From the IMG/VR virus record IMGVR_UViG_3300044277_000009, positions 1 to 32,509 of that record: a stretch of DNA of 32,509 nucleotides; one strand, 5' to 3'. The notes beneath the pieces are model-generated. The model was not told where the DNA came from. It made no database searches and was given only the letters and a program-made list of their open reading frames with translations. This DNA comes from a virus. Taxonomy: Duplodnaviria; Caudoviricetes. Position 1 is the first letter of the stretch; each line of letters begins with the position of its first letter. Positions 1 through 8,957 of the stretch are shown here, piece by piece. The translations under genes were made by a program, and so were the position numbers.

Positions 1-464
1 GCGATCTTCTTCCCAGCACCGGACTGGCAGACTAGGTACTCGTCAGCATCGGTCAGGGTGGCCGTAGTCAGGCCCGAAATGTCCAGCACTGTGGCCTGGA
101 TGCCACTCAGAACGTAGGCAGAGATCGTATCTACGTCCACCTTGTAGACCGTGCCCGACCGCTGCAACAGCAGCATGTCCCCGGTGACGGCAGGGTCAGC
201 CTCCGTAGCAACCGACCACCCAGAGGCTACAGCGTAGGACGCCACGGCATCGAGGGTGAACAGCTTTTCGGTCCCCGACCGCAGGGAAAGGATGTAGTCC
301 CCGGTAGTCGGTGTAGCCGCAGAGGCAGCCTGAAGCACGTCGATTGTGTAGGCAGCCAGTTGGGCCGTCGTAACCTTCTTCGTCGTCGTCTGGACGCAGG
401 CGATGATCTCAGTTCCCGCCAGAGGCGTGGAGACTGCCGACAGGTCGCTAATCTTCACCACCAT
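1..464 (-). CDS. Tail fibre / virion structural protein with ~40-aa tandem repeats (runs off window start)
   Basis: Not in the ORF track; translated by hand. ATG at 464 overlaps the upstream TAA (TAATG). Reads MVVKISDLSAVSTPLAGTEIIACVQTTTKKVTTAQLAAY..., with units TGDYILSLRSGTEKLFTLDAVASY and TGDMLLLQRSGTVYKVDVDTISAY 120 nt apart. A KISDL/KISEL-type N-terminus is common in phage fibre proteins. Confidence 0.7.
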   Translation of the reverse strand, partial: MVVKISDLSAVSTPLAGTEIIACVQTTTKKVTTAQLAAYTIDVLQAASAATPTTGDYILSLRSGTEKLFTLDAVASYAVASGWSVATEADPAVTGDMLLLQRSGTVYKVDVDTISAYVLSGIQATVLDISGLTTATLTDADEYLVCQSGAGKKI

Positions 465-2131
465 TACCGCAACCTCCCGGATTGAACGAACTCCAGAGCC
501 ATGCGCTCAAACGCCCACCGTGCCGTAGACTCCAACCAGATGCAAAACCAAGCGGCTCGTATACGAGGGTAGGAGATATGATTTCTGCCAGCAGTCAACG
601 TCCCTGTAGCCGCAACGTCGGCTGTGTAATCCCCACCCGTCTGATACTTCTCTATCGCTGCCTTCGCCTGATCCGCGGCAGATTGGGCAGAAATACCTGT
701 GACGATCCTCCAGTAGACCGTACCCGACCCGGTAGCAGTCGTCCCGATCAGGCTGAGAAGCCGCCCGTGCGACTCAGAAGAGATCCCAGGAATGGGACCT
801 AGGACAACGTGACTCTCAATGGACACTGCATCATCGTCCGTACCCCCGACGTACCGCAGATACCCATCCTCCCCGCACAAGACCAACTTGCCCTGATGCT
901 GGCAGAGAGCCAAGGGGAAATGATCGGTGTCGTACTCGTCCCGCCAGAACCCGGCTGGGTCAATGGAAAAGAACCATTGCGACCGGACAGAAGATACGTC
1001 CTTCAGAAAGATGTAAACGCCCTTCTCGGTGTGCGAGTAGCCTAGACGAACCCGGGTCGTAGACGGAATCCCGGTCAGATCCGAGGGAATCCGCTCGTCC
1101 GTAAGACTCTCCAGTCCGTCTCCGTTCGGTGCTACCTTGTAAAGCCCATCAGCAGCAAGGAAAACAATGTCGTCATCGACCTTGCACCAAGCTGTAGACG
1201 AATGGATTCCCACCGACCGAGAAACGCATCGGAGCGATCCACTTGAAGCCGGGTCGCCTTCAAGGACCCACAGGCCGTAGGTGGTTCCAATGAGTAAGGC
1301 GGCGTCCTTGTGAGCGATAACGGCCGTAGGAACGACCCCAATCTCGCTTGCTTCACTCAGTTGTAGGGCTACCGCTCTGCCTGAGTCGTCCAGAACGTCC
1401 CCATAGTCCCAATCTGTTGGGTCGCCTTGCCGAGACAGGTAGATGATGTTGTCGCTTCCGATTACTACCAGCCGATCCCGGTAGAAACACGCAATGTTTC
1501 CTGTTGGGACCGTCCCCGCTGAAGCGGTCACAGCGTCGATTTGCCCCGTGGACAAATTGAGCGAGGTTATCCCCGTCGTAGCTACCCCAAACAGTACCTT
1601 CCCCCGAACGGCCAGAGAGCATGATGATGGCGCACTCCCGGTTCCAGCAGTTATTGCATCCCCACCCTCAGTAGTGATCCCTTCTCCCGCTTCTGTCAGC
1701 AGCCCCGCATCGAGTTCCGTACCCCCAGGAACACTTGCAGAAGAACTTGCAGACACCCCAGAGACGCTAGAAAGAGACCCAACGGACGATCCGCTTGCAG
1801 GAGATGGGCTGCTGTCAGACGAAATGTACGTTGGATCGACCGTCCCTAGTGTCCCCGACGAGAAGTAAGCAAGTACCGTCTCGGCACCCGAGGAGTCGGC
1901 AATAGGAACCGACAGCAATGCCGAGACGGACCCTCCCAGGTTTGCATCGGAATACAGCGTCAGTCCTGGCCTCGACCCGCCGCGCAACCTGGAAACGAAC
2001 GGATCTTGAGGGCGAACGTTCACCGCCCACGGAGTAGGGAACGGAGGTCGCCCTACCGGAACGGAATAGCCCGCCCGGCGAACAATGCCGCCGAGCGGGT
2101 ATTGAAGATCGACGCTTCGGTCGCCTGCCAT
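464..2131 (-). CDS. Tail nozzle / head-stabilisation protein (P22 gp10 / T7 gp12-like beta-propeller)
   Basis: Start moved to MAGDRSVDLQ (GAGG RBS). Beta-rich, with segments CFYRDRLVVIG, IYLSRQGDPTDWDY, SRSVGIHSS and DDIVFLAADGLY. Size (~555 aa) and position downstream of the adaptor fit. Confidence 0.65.
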   Translation of the reverse strand: MAGDRSVDLQYPLGGIVRRAGYSVPVGRPPFPTPWAVNVRPQDPFVSRLRGGSRPGLTLYSDANLGGSVSALLSVPIADSSGAETVLAYFSSGTLGTVDPTYISSDSSPSPASGSSVGSLSSVSGVSASSSASVPGGTELDAGLLTEAGEGITTEGGDAITAGTGSAPSSCSLAVRGKVLFGVATTGITSLNLSTGQIDAVTASAGTVPTGNIACFYRDRLVVIGSDNIIYLSRQGDPTDWDYGDVLDDSGRAVALQLSEASEIGVVPTAVIAHKDAALLIGTTYGLWVLEGDPASSGSLRCVSRSVGIHSSTAWCKVDDDIVFLAADGLYKVAPNGDGLESLTDERIPSDLTGIPSTTRVRLGYSHTEKGVYIFLKDVSSVRSQWFFSIDPAGFWRDEYDTDHFPLALCQHQGKLVLCGEDGYLRYVGGTDDDAVSIESHVVLGPIPGISSESHGRLLSLIGTTATGSGTVYWRIVTGISAQSAADQAKAAIEKYQTGGDYTADVAATGTLTAGRNHISYPRIRAAWFCIWLESTARWAFERMALEFVQSGRLR

Positions 2132-2138
2132 AACGACC

Positions 2139-3242
2139 TCAACGCATCTGGACGACCTTGACGTAATCAACGGTCATGGTTTGGGTTGTCGTCGCGTCCC
2201 CGTTTCGCACCATGAAGACCGGAGCCAGTTCGGCCATGGTTGCGTAGGTGATGCCGGTAATGGCAGTGCCCGCCGTTCCGTCGATGTAGGGCGTAATCGT
2301 CCCTGCACCAGTCGCACCACCATTCCAATAGAAACCGAGGATATGGTAGCTGGTGTTCCACGTTCCCAGCGCCGCCCCCTCGGTGTTAGTTCCACCGTCA
2401 CACGCTGCGATGTCGATATTGGTATCGCCGTCGTCCTTCTTGAAGACGATGCCGTTATCCGGCATGTTGTCGGCAACGCCAGTAATATCCTCAGCCTCGA
2501 TCAAGCCGACCGCCCAATCAATCTGCGTTGCACCGGCAGCGGTCTTGAATCGGGCCTCAAACCAGAGTTTCTTGCCCGAGACGAGCTTGAATGACTCTTG
2601 TTGCAAGTTGATCTGCTGTCCGTTGTCGTCCGTCGTCGCCTTGTTGGTCAGCAGCAACTCCCCGCACACCGCATCGGCAGACAACGCCTGAGTGCAGGCT
2701 GCATCGTCTTCGGTCAGGGTCCACTCGTTCGTGACATCGTAGTCCGCAGCCAACGCACGGAAGTCATTGAAGTATTGATGAACGAGCGAGTCGTACCGAG
2801 GATCGGCAGGCGACGGGCAATATTCCCACATCTCCATTAGACTGGTGCCGGTGTAGTAACCGTTGCCAGTCATAACCAACGCTTCTTCGGCAGGGCCGAT
2901 GAACCCGTTGCAGGCCACAACCTGCCATCGGTAGGTGGCACCGACCTTGATGGAGTGAAGAAGCAGGTAGTCGCCAGCGTCGTAGGCGATGGCAATCGTG
3001 TACCCGAGTTTGTTGTAGCCGCCCGTAATGGTCACAGCGACGGACCCGCCGTCCGTGTCATGTACCAGCATGACGAAGATGCCGGCCTTGGTTGGAGCGG
3101 CGAGTGTTCTGCTCTCCGTACCCGCACTAACAAGCGGGACTACTGCAAACTGACGATCCACGTAGATCGTCGCAGCATCGCCCGGGTCCAACATCTTGTA
3201 CCCAGACTGAAACATCTTGTAAGGCGCGCTTCTGGGGTCCAT
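2139..3242 (-). CDS. Virion structural protein, two domains; C-terminal beta-sandwich paralogous to 6927..7778
   Basis: AGGAG RBS. FKLVSGKKLWFEARFK aligns with FKLADKDLAFEARLF; both proteins end in P-hydrophobic...D[YW]xxxxQ. Confidence 0.6.
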   Translation of the reverse strand: MDPRSAPYKMFQSGYKMLDPGDAATIYVDRQFAVVPLVSAGTESRTLAAPTKAGIFVMLVHDTDGGSVAVTITGGYNKLGYTIAIAYDAGDYLLLHSIKVGATYRWQVVACNGFIGPAEEALVMTGNGYYTGTSLMEMWEYCPSPADPRYDSLVHQYFNDFRALAADYDVTNEWTLTEDDAACTQALSADAVCGELLLTNKATTDDNGQQINLQQESFKLVSGKKLWFEARFKTAAGATQIDWAVGLIEAEDITGVADNMPDNGIVFKKDDGDTNIDIAACDGGTNTEGAALGTWNTSYHILGFYWNGGATGAGTITPYIDGTAGTAITGITYATMAELAPVFMVRNGDATTTQTMTVDYVKVVQMR

Positions 3243-3290
3243 AGGGACACTCCTAAGAGAGAGGGACAGCCCGAAGGCCGAGGAAATGGA

Positions 3291-3617
3291 CTAGCCTTTT
3301 AACGAAACGGTGACGTTGCCGGAAGCGTCCGCGACGATTTTCAACGCACGGGCACCGGCAAGGATGGTCGGTATCGGGTAGCCTTTGCCAGCCGAAACAG
3401 TCTGAGTAACGGCGGCAGGAGGCGAACTGTCGTCGTAGGCAGCGACGTAGGTTCCCCCAACGTCATCAGACTCGTACCAAGTCAAACTGGTAATCGAGGA
3501 CCCCACTGGAATCATTACCCTCCCGCAGATCCATCCTCGGAAGTCCAGGACGGCAGTTGTCGTCGCAGAGTTCGTCAGCGCCAGGGACAGGTCGTCACTA
3601 TGTCGGGTAAGACCCAC
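3291..3617 (-). CDS. Small beta-rich virion protein (hypothetical)
   Basis: GTG start with AAGGAG RBS; Thr/Ser/Val-rich; within the structural operon. Confidence 0.55.
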   Translation of the reverse strand: MGLTRHSDDLSLALTNSATTTAVLDFRGWICGRVMIPVGSSITSLTWYESDDVGGTYVAAYDDSSPPAAVTQTVSAGKGYPIPTILAGARALKIVADASGNVTVSLKG

Positions 3618-3628
3618 GGGAGGACTCC

Positions 3629-6076
3629 TTACATGAGAATCATTAGTCGGTAGACGGAATTGGTATTGGCAGGGACCGGCTCCGGTGCGCTGGAAGAACT
3701 AAGCGACAGAGAAGCAACAGAAGAAGACGGAGAGAGAGACGAAGCACTTGAACTAAGAGACGGTGAAGGACTAGGACTTGGAGAAGGCGACGGGCTTGAA
3801 CTGGGGGAAGGGGATTCAACAGGGGCTTCCAGTTCCGCCAAAAAGGCGTTGCCGTAGACGTACTCGGGAGACTTGTATCCCTCTCCCGCGCAGTAGTTCA
3901 GAAGTACGTTGCCGTCTCCGTCCTCAACCACTGCCGGGTCGCCCTGGTAGGCGTCGATGGCAGAAAGGGCACCCTTGGCACTCAATGCGAAGCCGCTGTA
4001 GTAATTCCAGTTCACTCCATCGGTGGAAAGTGCGTAACCGATGGCTTGATTGACGCGATCATACTCAGGCGGTGTTCCGCTGTCTGAAACAACGTACCGG
4101 CCATAGCTAAACATCATTTCGTAGAAACCGGCATCGTTCAGATACACGTAAGGGTCGAGTACGCCAAGCCCGGATTCCATCGGTATCGGCAGGGTTCCGG
4201 CCGGTGTCCAGGTGTCGCAATCGCTGGACGTGAAATGAACGATAGTCGTGGGACTTGTTCTTTGCGTGGCCCAGAGATGGTAGGTGCTGTCAATCTTCAA
4301 CACCCATGGCACTGCCAGGGCACTGGTCCCGCTGCCGCTCAAGCCTGTTACGGGATTGCTACCGTAGTCGGTCCACGCAACCAAGTCCGATGATGTCGCG
4401 TAACCGATCCCTTCGGTTGTGCCCGCCGCGTTGGCTCCGCTGTAGTAGCATCGCCAAGACGACACATCCATCTTGATGATGCACGGATGCAGGAGGTAGT
4501 GATCCTTCCAGGTGTCGGCGGTGTACGAGATGGCCGGGTTAGTCGCGTGCGTCGTCCACGTCAGGAGGTCACTGGACGTGTAGAGAACAAGATAACGAAG
4601 GGTCGATCCATTGGTGTCGCACGCCTGAGCCAAGGCGTAGTACGTCCCCGAAATCGCAGCATCCTTGACGTAAAGGATCGAGTCCGTGTTGTAGGTGTTC
4701 CACTTGTTGTCGCCGCGTTCAATGAATGGACTAGCACTTCTCGTGATGTCATCCCACGGGCGGCTCACGGCGATATTCACGGCCTGATCCGCCGTGTTGG
4801 TCCCATCGTCTGCCGTGAACGTCACGGTTTTGATGGTGCCGCCGTCGCTCCAGTCGTAGGTTGGCCCGGCCCAAGTGTTCGTCTTGGCGGTCCAGTTGCC
4901 TCCGTCGTCGCAGGTGATGGTGATGCTCGTTCCGTCTTCGTGATAGACGGTCGGCGTGATCGTGACCGAAGCATCGGGTGCCGACCAGGGCGTTCGATCC
5001 GTCACGCTGATCGACATGGTTTCCATGTCGGGCGGATCAGCCGCATACGTGGCGGAACCGTCGCCGCTGTAGGTCAGGTTGATCCCACCGATACTCGCGT
5101 TGAGATTTGCACCGAGCTTGTGGTAACTGACAACCGAGCCGTTACGGATGGATGGGGGCGACTTTTTGGCGACTAACTGCTTGATCTCGTCATCGGTCAA
5201 TGCGACGTTCCAGACGCACGGCTTGGCGATCCTGCCGTTGAAGTGACTAGAACCATCCGACCCGATATAGAACGTGGTCGGTGTGAAGCCCGTAAAGGTG
5301 GTCTGCGTCTTACCGATGTACGTCCCGTTCAGGAACGCTTCCACGGTGTACTTGATTCCGCCGATTCGCTCAACGCGAATTGCATCGGCCACCGTGACCC
5401 CGGTAGCCCCATCGGCAACCTCGATAACAACACCGCCGTACGAAACCGTGAACGTCCCAAAATCCTTCCACCAGCAACCCAGGTCAAATCGGTCTGATGG
5501 CACTACCGATTGATCGTAGGTGTCGGAGTGAAGTTCCGTTTCGCCGTCCGTGATCGTCCATGGAGCAGCGGTCGCATGGGGCCAACCCGGCCAAGTTGCC
5601 GAGAAACGATACGACCCCGGAGCAAGCGTCAGCGTCCAGCGGGCCTTTTTGGTTCCGGTCCCCGTCAAAGCGTAGTGGCAATGGCCTCCGCTGAAGTCCG
5701 TCGAATCGTAGTTGGCCCAGTCGGCATCGTGGCTGAACGTCGCGTCCGTCTCTTCGAGCTTGTAGATGGTCGGTGTGACGGCGTTGATTCGTACCGCGAC
5801 GTGGTTCCATGCGTTGATCGCGTATGGCGTTACCGTGCTGGCAATCGCACCAGTCGTGCTATTCCAGCCAAACCCCTTCACATCGTAGGGCGGGTCCATG
5901 GTGAGTTGGAGAATGTACCCGTTCCCCGACCCATCCATCAGCGAGAACGCCGACTTGTAGTACATGCTGTTGTCGAGCGGGTACACCCACATGGCCGCTG
6001 TCAGCGGCGTGACAGTGACAGGAACGCTAGCCGCCGACAGGTACTCGTTCTTGGTACGATCCAGAAGGATTGCCAT
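3629..6076 (-). CDS. Multidomain carbohydrate-binding / glycosidase-like virion protein (LamG + Golvesin-like insert + Ig-like + five-bladed beta-propeller + Ser/Pro tail)
   Basis: LamG motifs AWNHVAV and FNGRIAKPCVWNVALTDDEIKQL. Insert ARWTLTLAPGSYRFSATW...ADAIRVER. Propeller repeats YTSSDLLTWT, YATSSDLVAWT, FTSSDCDTWT and YALSTDGVNWN, with NPA/NPV motifs. Confidence 0.65.
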   Translation of the reverse strand: MAILLDRTKNEYLSAASVPVTVTPLTAAMWVYPLDNSMYYKSAFSLMDGSGNGYILQLTMDPPYDVKGFGWNSTTGAIASTVTPYAINAWNHVAVRINAVTPTIYKLEETDATFSHDADWANYDSTDFSGGHCHYALTGTGTKKARWTLTLAPGSYRFSATWPGWPHATAAPWTITDGETELHSDTYDQSVVPSDRFDLGCWWKDFGTFTVSYGGVVIEVADGATGVTVADAIRVERIGGIKYTVEAFLNGTYIGKTQTTFTGFTPTTFYIGSDGSSHFNGRIAKPCVWNVALTDDEIKQLVAKKSPPSIRNGSVVSYHKLGANLNASIGGINLTYSGDGSATYAADPPDMETMSISVTDRTPWSAPDASVTITPTVYHEDGTSITITCDDGGNWTAKTNTWAGPTYDWSDGGTIKTVTFTADDGTNTADQAVNIAVSRPWDDITRSASPFIERGDNKWNTYNTDSILYVKDAAISGTYYALAQACDTNGSTLRYLVLYTSSDLLTWTTHATNPAISYTADTWKDHYLLHPCIIKMDVSSWRCYYSGANAAGTTEGIGYATSSDLVAWTDYGSNPVTGLSGSGTSALAVPWVLKIDSTYHLWATQRTSPTTIVHFTSSDCDTWTPAGTLPIPMESGLGVLDPYVYLNDAGFYEMMFSYGRYVVSDSGTPPEYDRVNQAIGYALSTDGVNWNYYSGFALSAKGALSAIDAYQGDPAVVEDGDGNVLLNYCAGEGYKSPEYVYGNAFLAELEAPVESPSPSSSPSPSPSPSPSPSLSSSASSLSPSSSVASLSLSSSSAPEPVPANTNSVYRLMILM

Positions 6077-6861
6077 TACATCGTCACCCCGTTAATCGTG
6101 ACTGCGCCCATCAGATTCGTCCGAGGAAGCCACTCCGTTCCGTCGTCCTTCACCGTCTGCCCCAGTTGCCTCGGAGTCGTGTCGCTCTTGTCGGCATCGA
6201 TCGTCTGTTCCAATAGCCGGGCGAACATCTCGTTGTGAATCCCCGGCTTCTCGTCGTAGTTTCGCTCTGCCGCGGCCAAGCAAGACTCCAAAATGACCGC
6301 AGACATGACCTCGCCGCCGATCGGGTACGGATGATTGTCGTCGATCATCGTCGGCCGAAGACGCATCGGGACCGTTAGGTTGTAGATGCCGTCCGGTGTC
6401 GGATAGAGAACGATTGACTTGGACGACCCAGCCTCCGGGTCGAATACGTCAGTCAGTAAAGCCGCCAGTCGAGGCACTCCCGTATCGTCGCACTCTTGCC
6501 GTCGTCTCCTGACCTCCACTTCCGCAACGACCTGGACCGGCGGGTAGCCTTCCCCTTCCTCAGCAGCGAAGGTCAAAACCCCGCCCTCGATCGAGTCACA
6601 GTCGGCTGCCAGTTCGTAGGTCGAATCGTCTGCTGCCGTGACGATCGTTTCCAAGGGACGCAAGAACGACCACTGATAAGCCCCATAGACCGCTAGCAGC
6701 CCGTCCTTGATGCAATCATTGATGTCGTCCAACTGATCGGCAGAAAACCCAGTTCGGATCCCAAACAGATGGCGACCTACCCGCTCCTTGAGGTCGGAGT
6801 AGGAGATTGCCATTGAGGCGGGAGCCACTGAGGAAGAAGGAGAAGGAGATCCGCTGGACAT
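6076..6861 (-). CDS. Head-tail adaptor (tail tubular protein A-like)
   Basis: Helical N-terminus (YSDLKERV...INDCIKDGL), YQWSFL, YELAADCDSIEG and IVLYPTPDGIYNLTV; located just downstream of the capsid genes. Confidence 0.65.
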   Translation of the reverse strand: MSSGSPSPSSSVAPASMAISYSDLKERVGRHLFGIRTGFSADQLDDINDCIKDGLLAVYGAYQWSFLRPLETIVTAADDSTYELAADCDSIEGGVLTFAAEEGEGYPPVQVVAEVEVRRRRQECDDTGVPRLAALLTDVFDPEAGSSKSIVLYPTPDGIYNLTVPMRLRPTMIDDNHPYPIGGEVMSAVILESCLAAAERNYDEKPGIHNEMFARLLEQTIDADKSDTTPRQLGQTVKDDGTEWLPRTNLMGAVTINGVTM

Positions 6862-6879
6862 ATCGAACTCCTAGCCAGA

Positions 6880-6912
6880 GGCCCCCGGGGCAGCGCAGGA
6901 ACCCCGGGGGCC
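6880..6912 (-). terminator. GC-rich hairpin after capsid genes (possible terminator or mRNA stabiliser)
   Basis: Perfect 11-bp inverted repeat GGCCCCCGGGG-N11-CCCCGGGGGCC; no clear U tract. Confidence 0.45.
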
Positions 6913-6926
6913 GCGAGACGAGAAGG

Positions 6927-7778
6927 TCAGATCGCTTGGGCGCAGGCCCACCAATCCAGTTGCACGTAAACGCTGTCGTCGCCGGCAACGTCCTTCAGGC
7001 CGATAATCGGCGCCATGAAGACATCATCGGGGAACGTGGCAGCGTCCAGTTCCGTTGCGGTCAGAGTGGCGTTGCCGCCGGTTCCAATCGCCAGAACGCC
7101 GTTGACGTAGAACTCCAACTGCTTCGGGCACGCCACGTAGCGGAAGCCGACCTTGACGAACGTGCCATCCACGAGGGTATGGACCGCGTTCAGTTTGGTC
7201 TTGGTCGCACCGTCCTGGTACGTCTGACCGTCGGCCTTGTACGCGCAGTCGACGTCCGTCTCTTCCGCATACAACTTGACGAAGCCGCAGAAGTTCTTGT
7301 CGGCCAGGGCACCCGTGGTATCCACGAACAGGCAGTCGGTAGCTCCCATGCCGACCTCGCCCAAACCGACGCCGAGCGACCACTTGCTCGCCGTGGTCTC
7401 GCTGATGAACAGCCGAGCCTCGAAGGCAAGGTCCTTGTCGGCCAACTTAAACGGGGCGCACAGGCCGCGGCCCCACTGCAAGACCGCTTCCTCGTTGGCG
7501 CCACCGGAACCGGCACCGGTCGTCGTCAACTGAACCAGTCCCAATCCGCCGGTAGCGGAAAGCCCGGTGCAGTTGACTTGCTCAACCGAGGCGTTGGCAC
7601 CTTCAAGGATCAAGTACGGGCCGTCCAGCGTATTGGCCTGGAACGACATGAAGTCGTCGAAGAAGCCAATGATCTGGTTGCCCGAAGGTTGGAAGCCACG
7701 GCCGTTCGGTTCGGCCAACTTCCTCCAAAGACGGCCGGAAAGCCCATAGCCGTCAAGTTCGTCCCAACTGGTAATCAT
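6927..7778 (-). CDS. Minor capsid / decoration protein (beta-sandwich)
   Basis: Directly downstream of the major capsid gene, GGAG RBS, strongly GC3-biased codons like the capsid gene; paralog of 2139..3242. Confidence 0.55.
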   Translation of the reverse strand: MITSWDELDGYGLSGRLWRKLAEPNGRGFQPSGNQIIGFFDDFMSFQANTLDGPYLILEGANASVEQVNCTGLSATGGLGLVQLTTTGAGSGGANEEAVLQWGRGLCAPFKLADKDLAFEARLFISETTASKWSLGVGLGEVGMGATDCLFVDTTGALADKNFCGFVKLYAEETDVDCAYKADGQTYQDGATKTKLNAVHTLVDGTFVKVGFRYVACPKQLEFYVNGVLAIGTGGNATLTATELDAATFPDDVFMAPIIGLKDVAGDDSVYVQLDWWACAQAI

Positions 7779-7838
7779 CTCGAAAACTCCTTGACTTGCG
7801 TGTTCTCTAGGAAACTGCCCCTAACGGGTTCAGGTCGC

Positions 7839-8927
7839 TCAGGTGGTTTCGGTGATCGTCACCGTCGAGTAGCCGCGGAAGTTGGCTCGGCGGTTGAAGC
7901 ACACAACCTGGCCGGCGTCCTCCATTTTGCGGATACGGACGTTGCTCATTTCCGGGTGCGGGAACGGCGCGTGCTTCCGCCTGTTACGGCCCGCGCAGTA
8001 CTTCCACTTGAACGTCTTCCAGTTCACGCCGAGGATGACACCATCCGTCCGGGCGTTGATGGAACTGGAGTTCGTCCAAGCGGGGACCCAAACCATCGGG
8101 ACACCTCGGATGTAGACCGTACCGCTGTGGGCGGCGAGGTCGTCACCGATGTTGTCGTTGCCCGCTTGCAGGAGCTTCCGGGCCGCGGCAACGCGACTGT
8201 GGGTTGTGAGGAGTTCCCAGTTGGGGCCGGTCTGGTCAACAATGTCGTTCCGCTGGACCGGCGGTTTGAAATCGCAGAGATCCATCGAGTTAACGACCTT
8301 CTCGATGGCGTCGTCGCGGGTGAACTGGGTGTAGGCAAACGTCCGATTCTTCCACTGGGCGTAGTCGGTCGTGTCGATACCGCCCGTGCCCACCGACTCG
8401 AATCCGCTCGGTTCGGCACCGTTGAAGCCTTCGGTCGCGCTGGCCTGAATCCACCACAACAGCGAAACCGGCGGGAAAGGACTCTGGGTCGGACTGGTCG
8501 GACCCGTGCCGAACATCAGGTCTTCCATCCCGGCGAAGAACGACTTCATCAGGCCGTCCTCGCGGAGCTTGACGTAATCGACGATCGCTTGACCGCCCTG
8601 CCGGAAAACGTCTTCGTCGATGTCGTAGTGGTAGTTGCAGGTGGTCATGCCCCACTTCAACTCGCCCTCGTCCAGCACGTTCACGCGGCTGGACGAATCG
8701 CGGTGATAGAGGGCGACGACCTGGAAGTTGTCCGCGTAGCGGACCTCGATCTTCCACTTGCAGAGCGTGCCTACGATCTCGTCTTTCTTGGCACGGTCGA
8801 ACAGGCGAGAGGCGAAGTAGTACTCCTGCAACGGCATGGAGATGTCTTGCCAACTCCTCGGCGCGCCGTCGTATTTCTGCTGAATCGACGCAACAAGGTC
8901 GTCGATTTGTTCAGGTCCAAGAGCCAT
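7839..8927 (-). CDS. Major capsid protein
   Basis: 362 aa, AAGGAG RBS, follows portal and scaffold. C-terminal VILGVNWKTFKW...GQVVCFNRRANF pattern is typical of HK97-fold capsids of P22/N4-like lineages. Confidence 0.8.
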   Translation of the reverse strand: MALGPEQIDDLVASIQQKYDGAPRSWQDISMPLQEYYFASRLFDRAKKDEIVGTLCKWKIEVRYADNFQVVALYHRDSSSRVNVLDEGELKWGMTTCNYHYDIDEDVFRQGGQAIVDYVKLREDGLMKSFFAGMEDLMFGTGPTSPTQSPFPPVSLLWWIQASATEGFNGAEPSGFESVGTGGIDTTDYAQWKNRTFAYTQFTRDDAIEKVVNSMDLCDFKPPVQRNDIVDQTGPNWELLTTHSRVAAARKLLQAGNDNIGDDLAAHSGTVYIRGVPMVWVPAWTNSSSINARTDGVILGVNWKTFKWKYCAGRNRRKHAPFPHPEMSNVRIRKMEDAGQVVCFNRRANFRGYSTVTITETT

Positions 8928-8957
8928 TTATGAAACTCCTTACGAGTAGGACCCGCA

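Noticed and set aside
6807-8933. 708-aa plus-strand ORF
   Set aside because: Antisense shadow of the GC3-biased capsid genes; no RBS or recognisable motifs.
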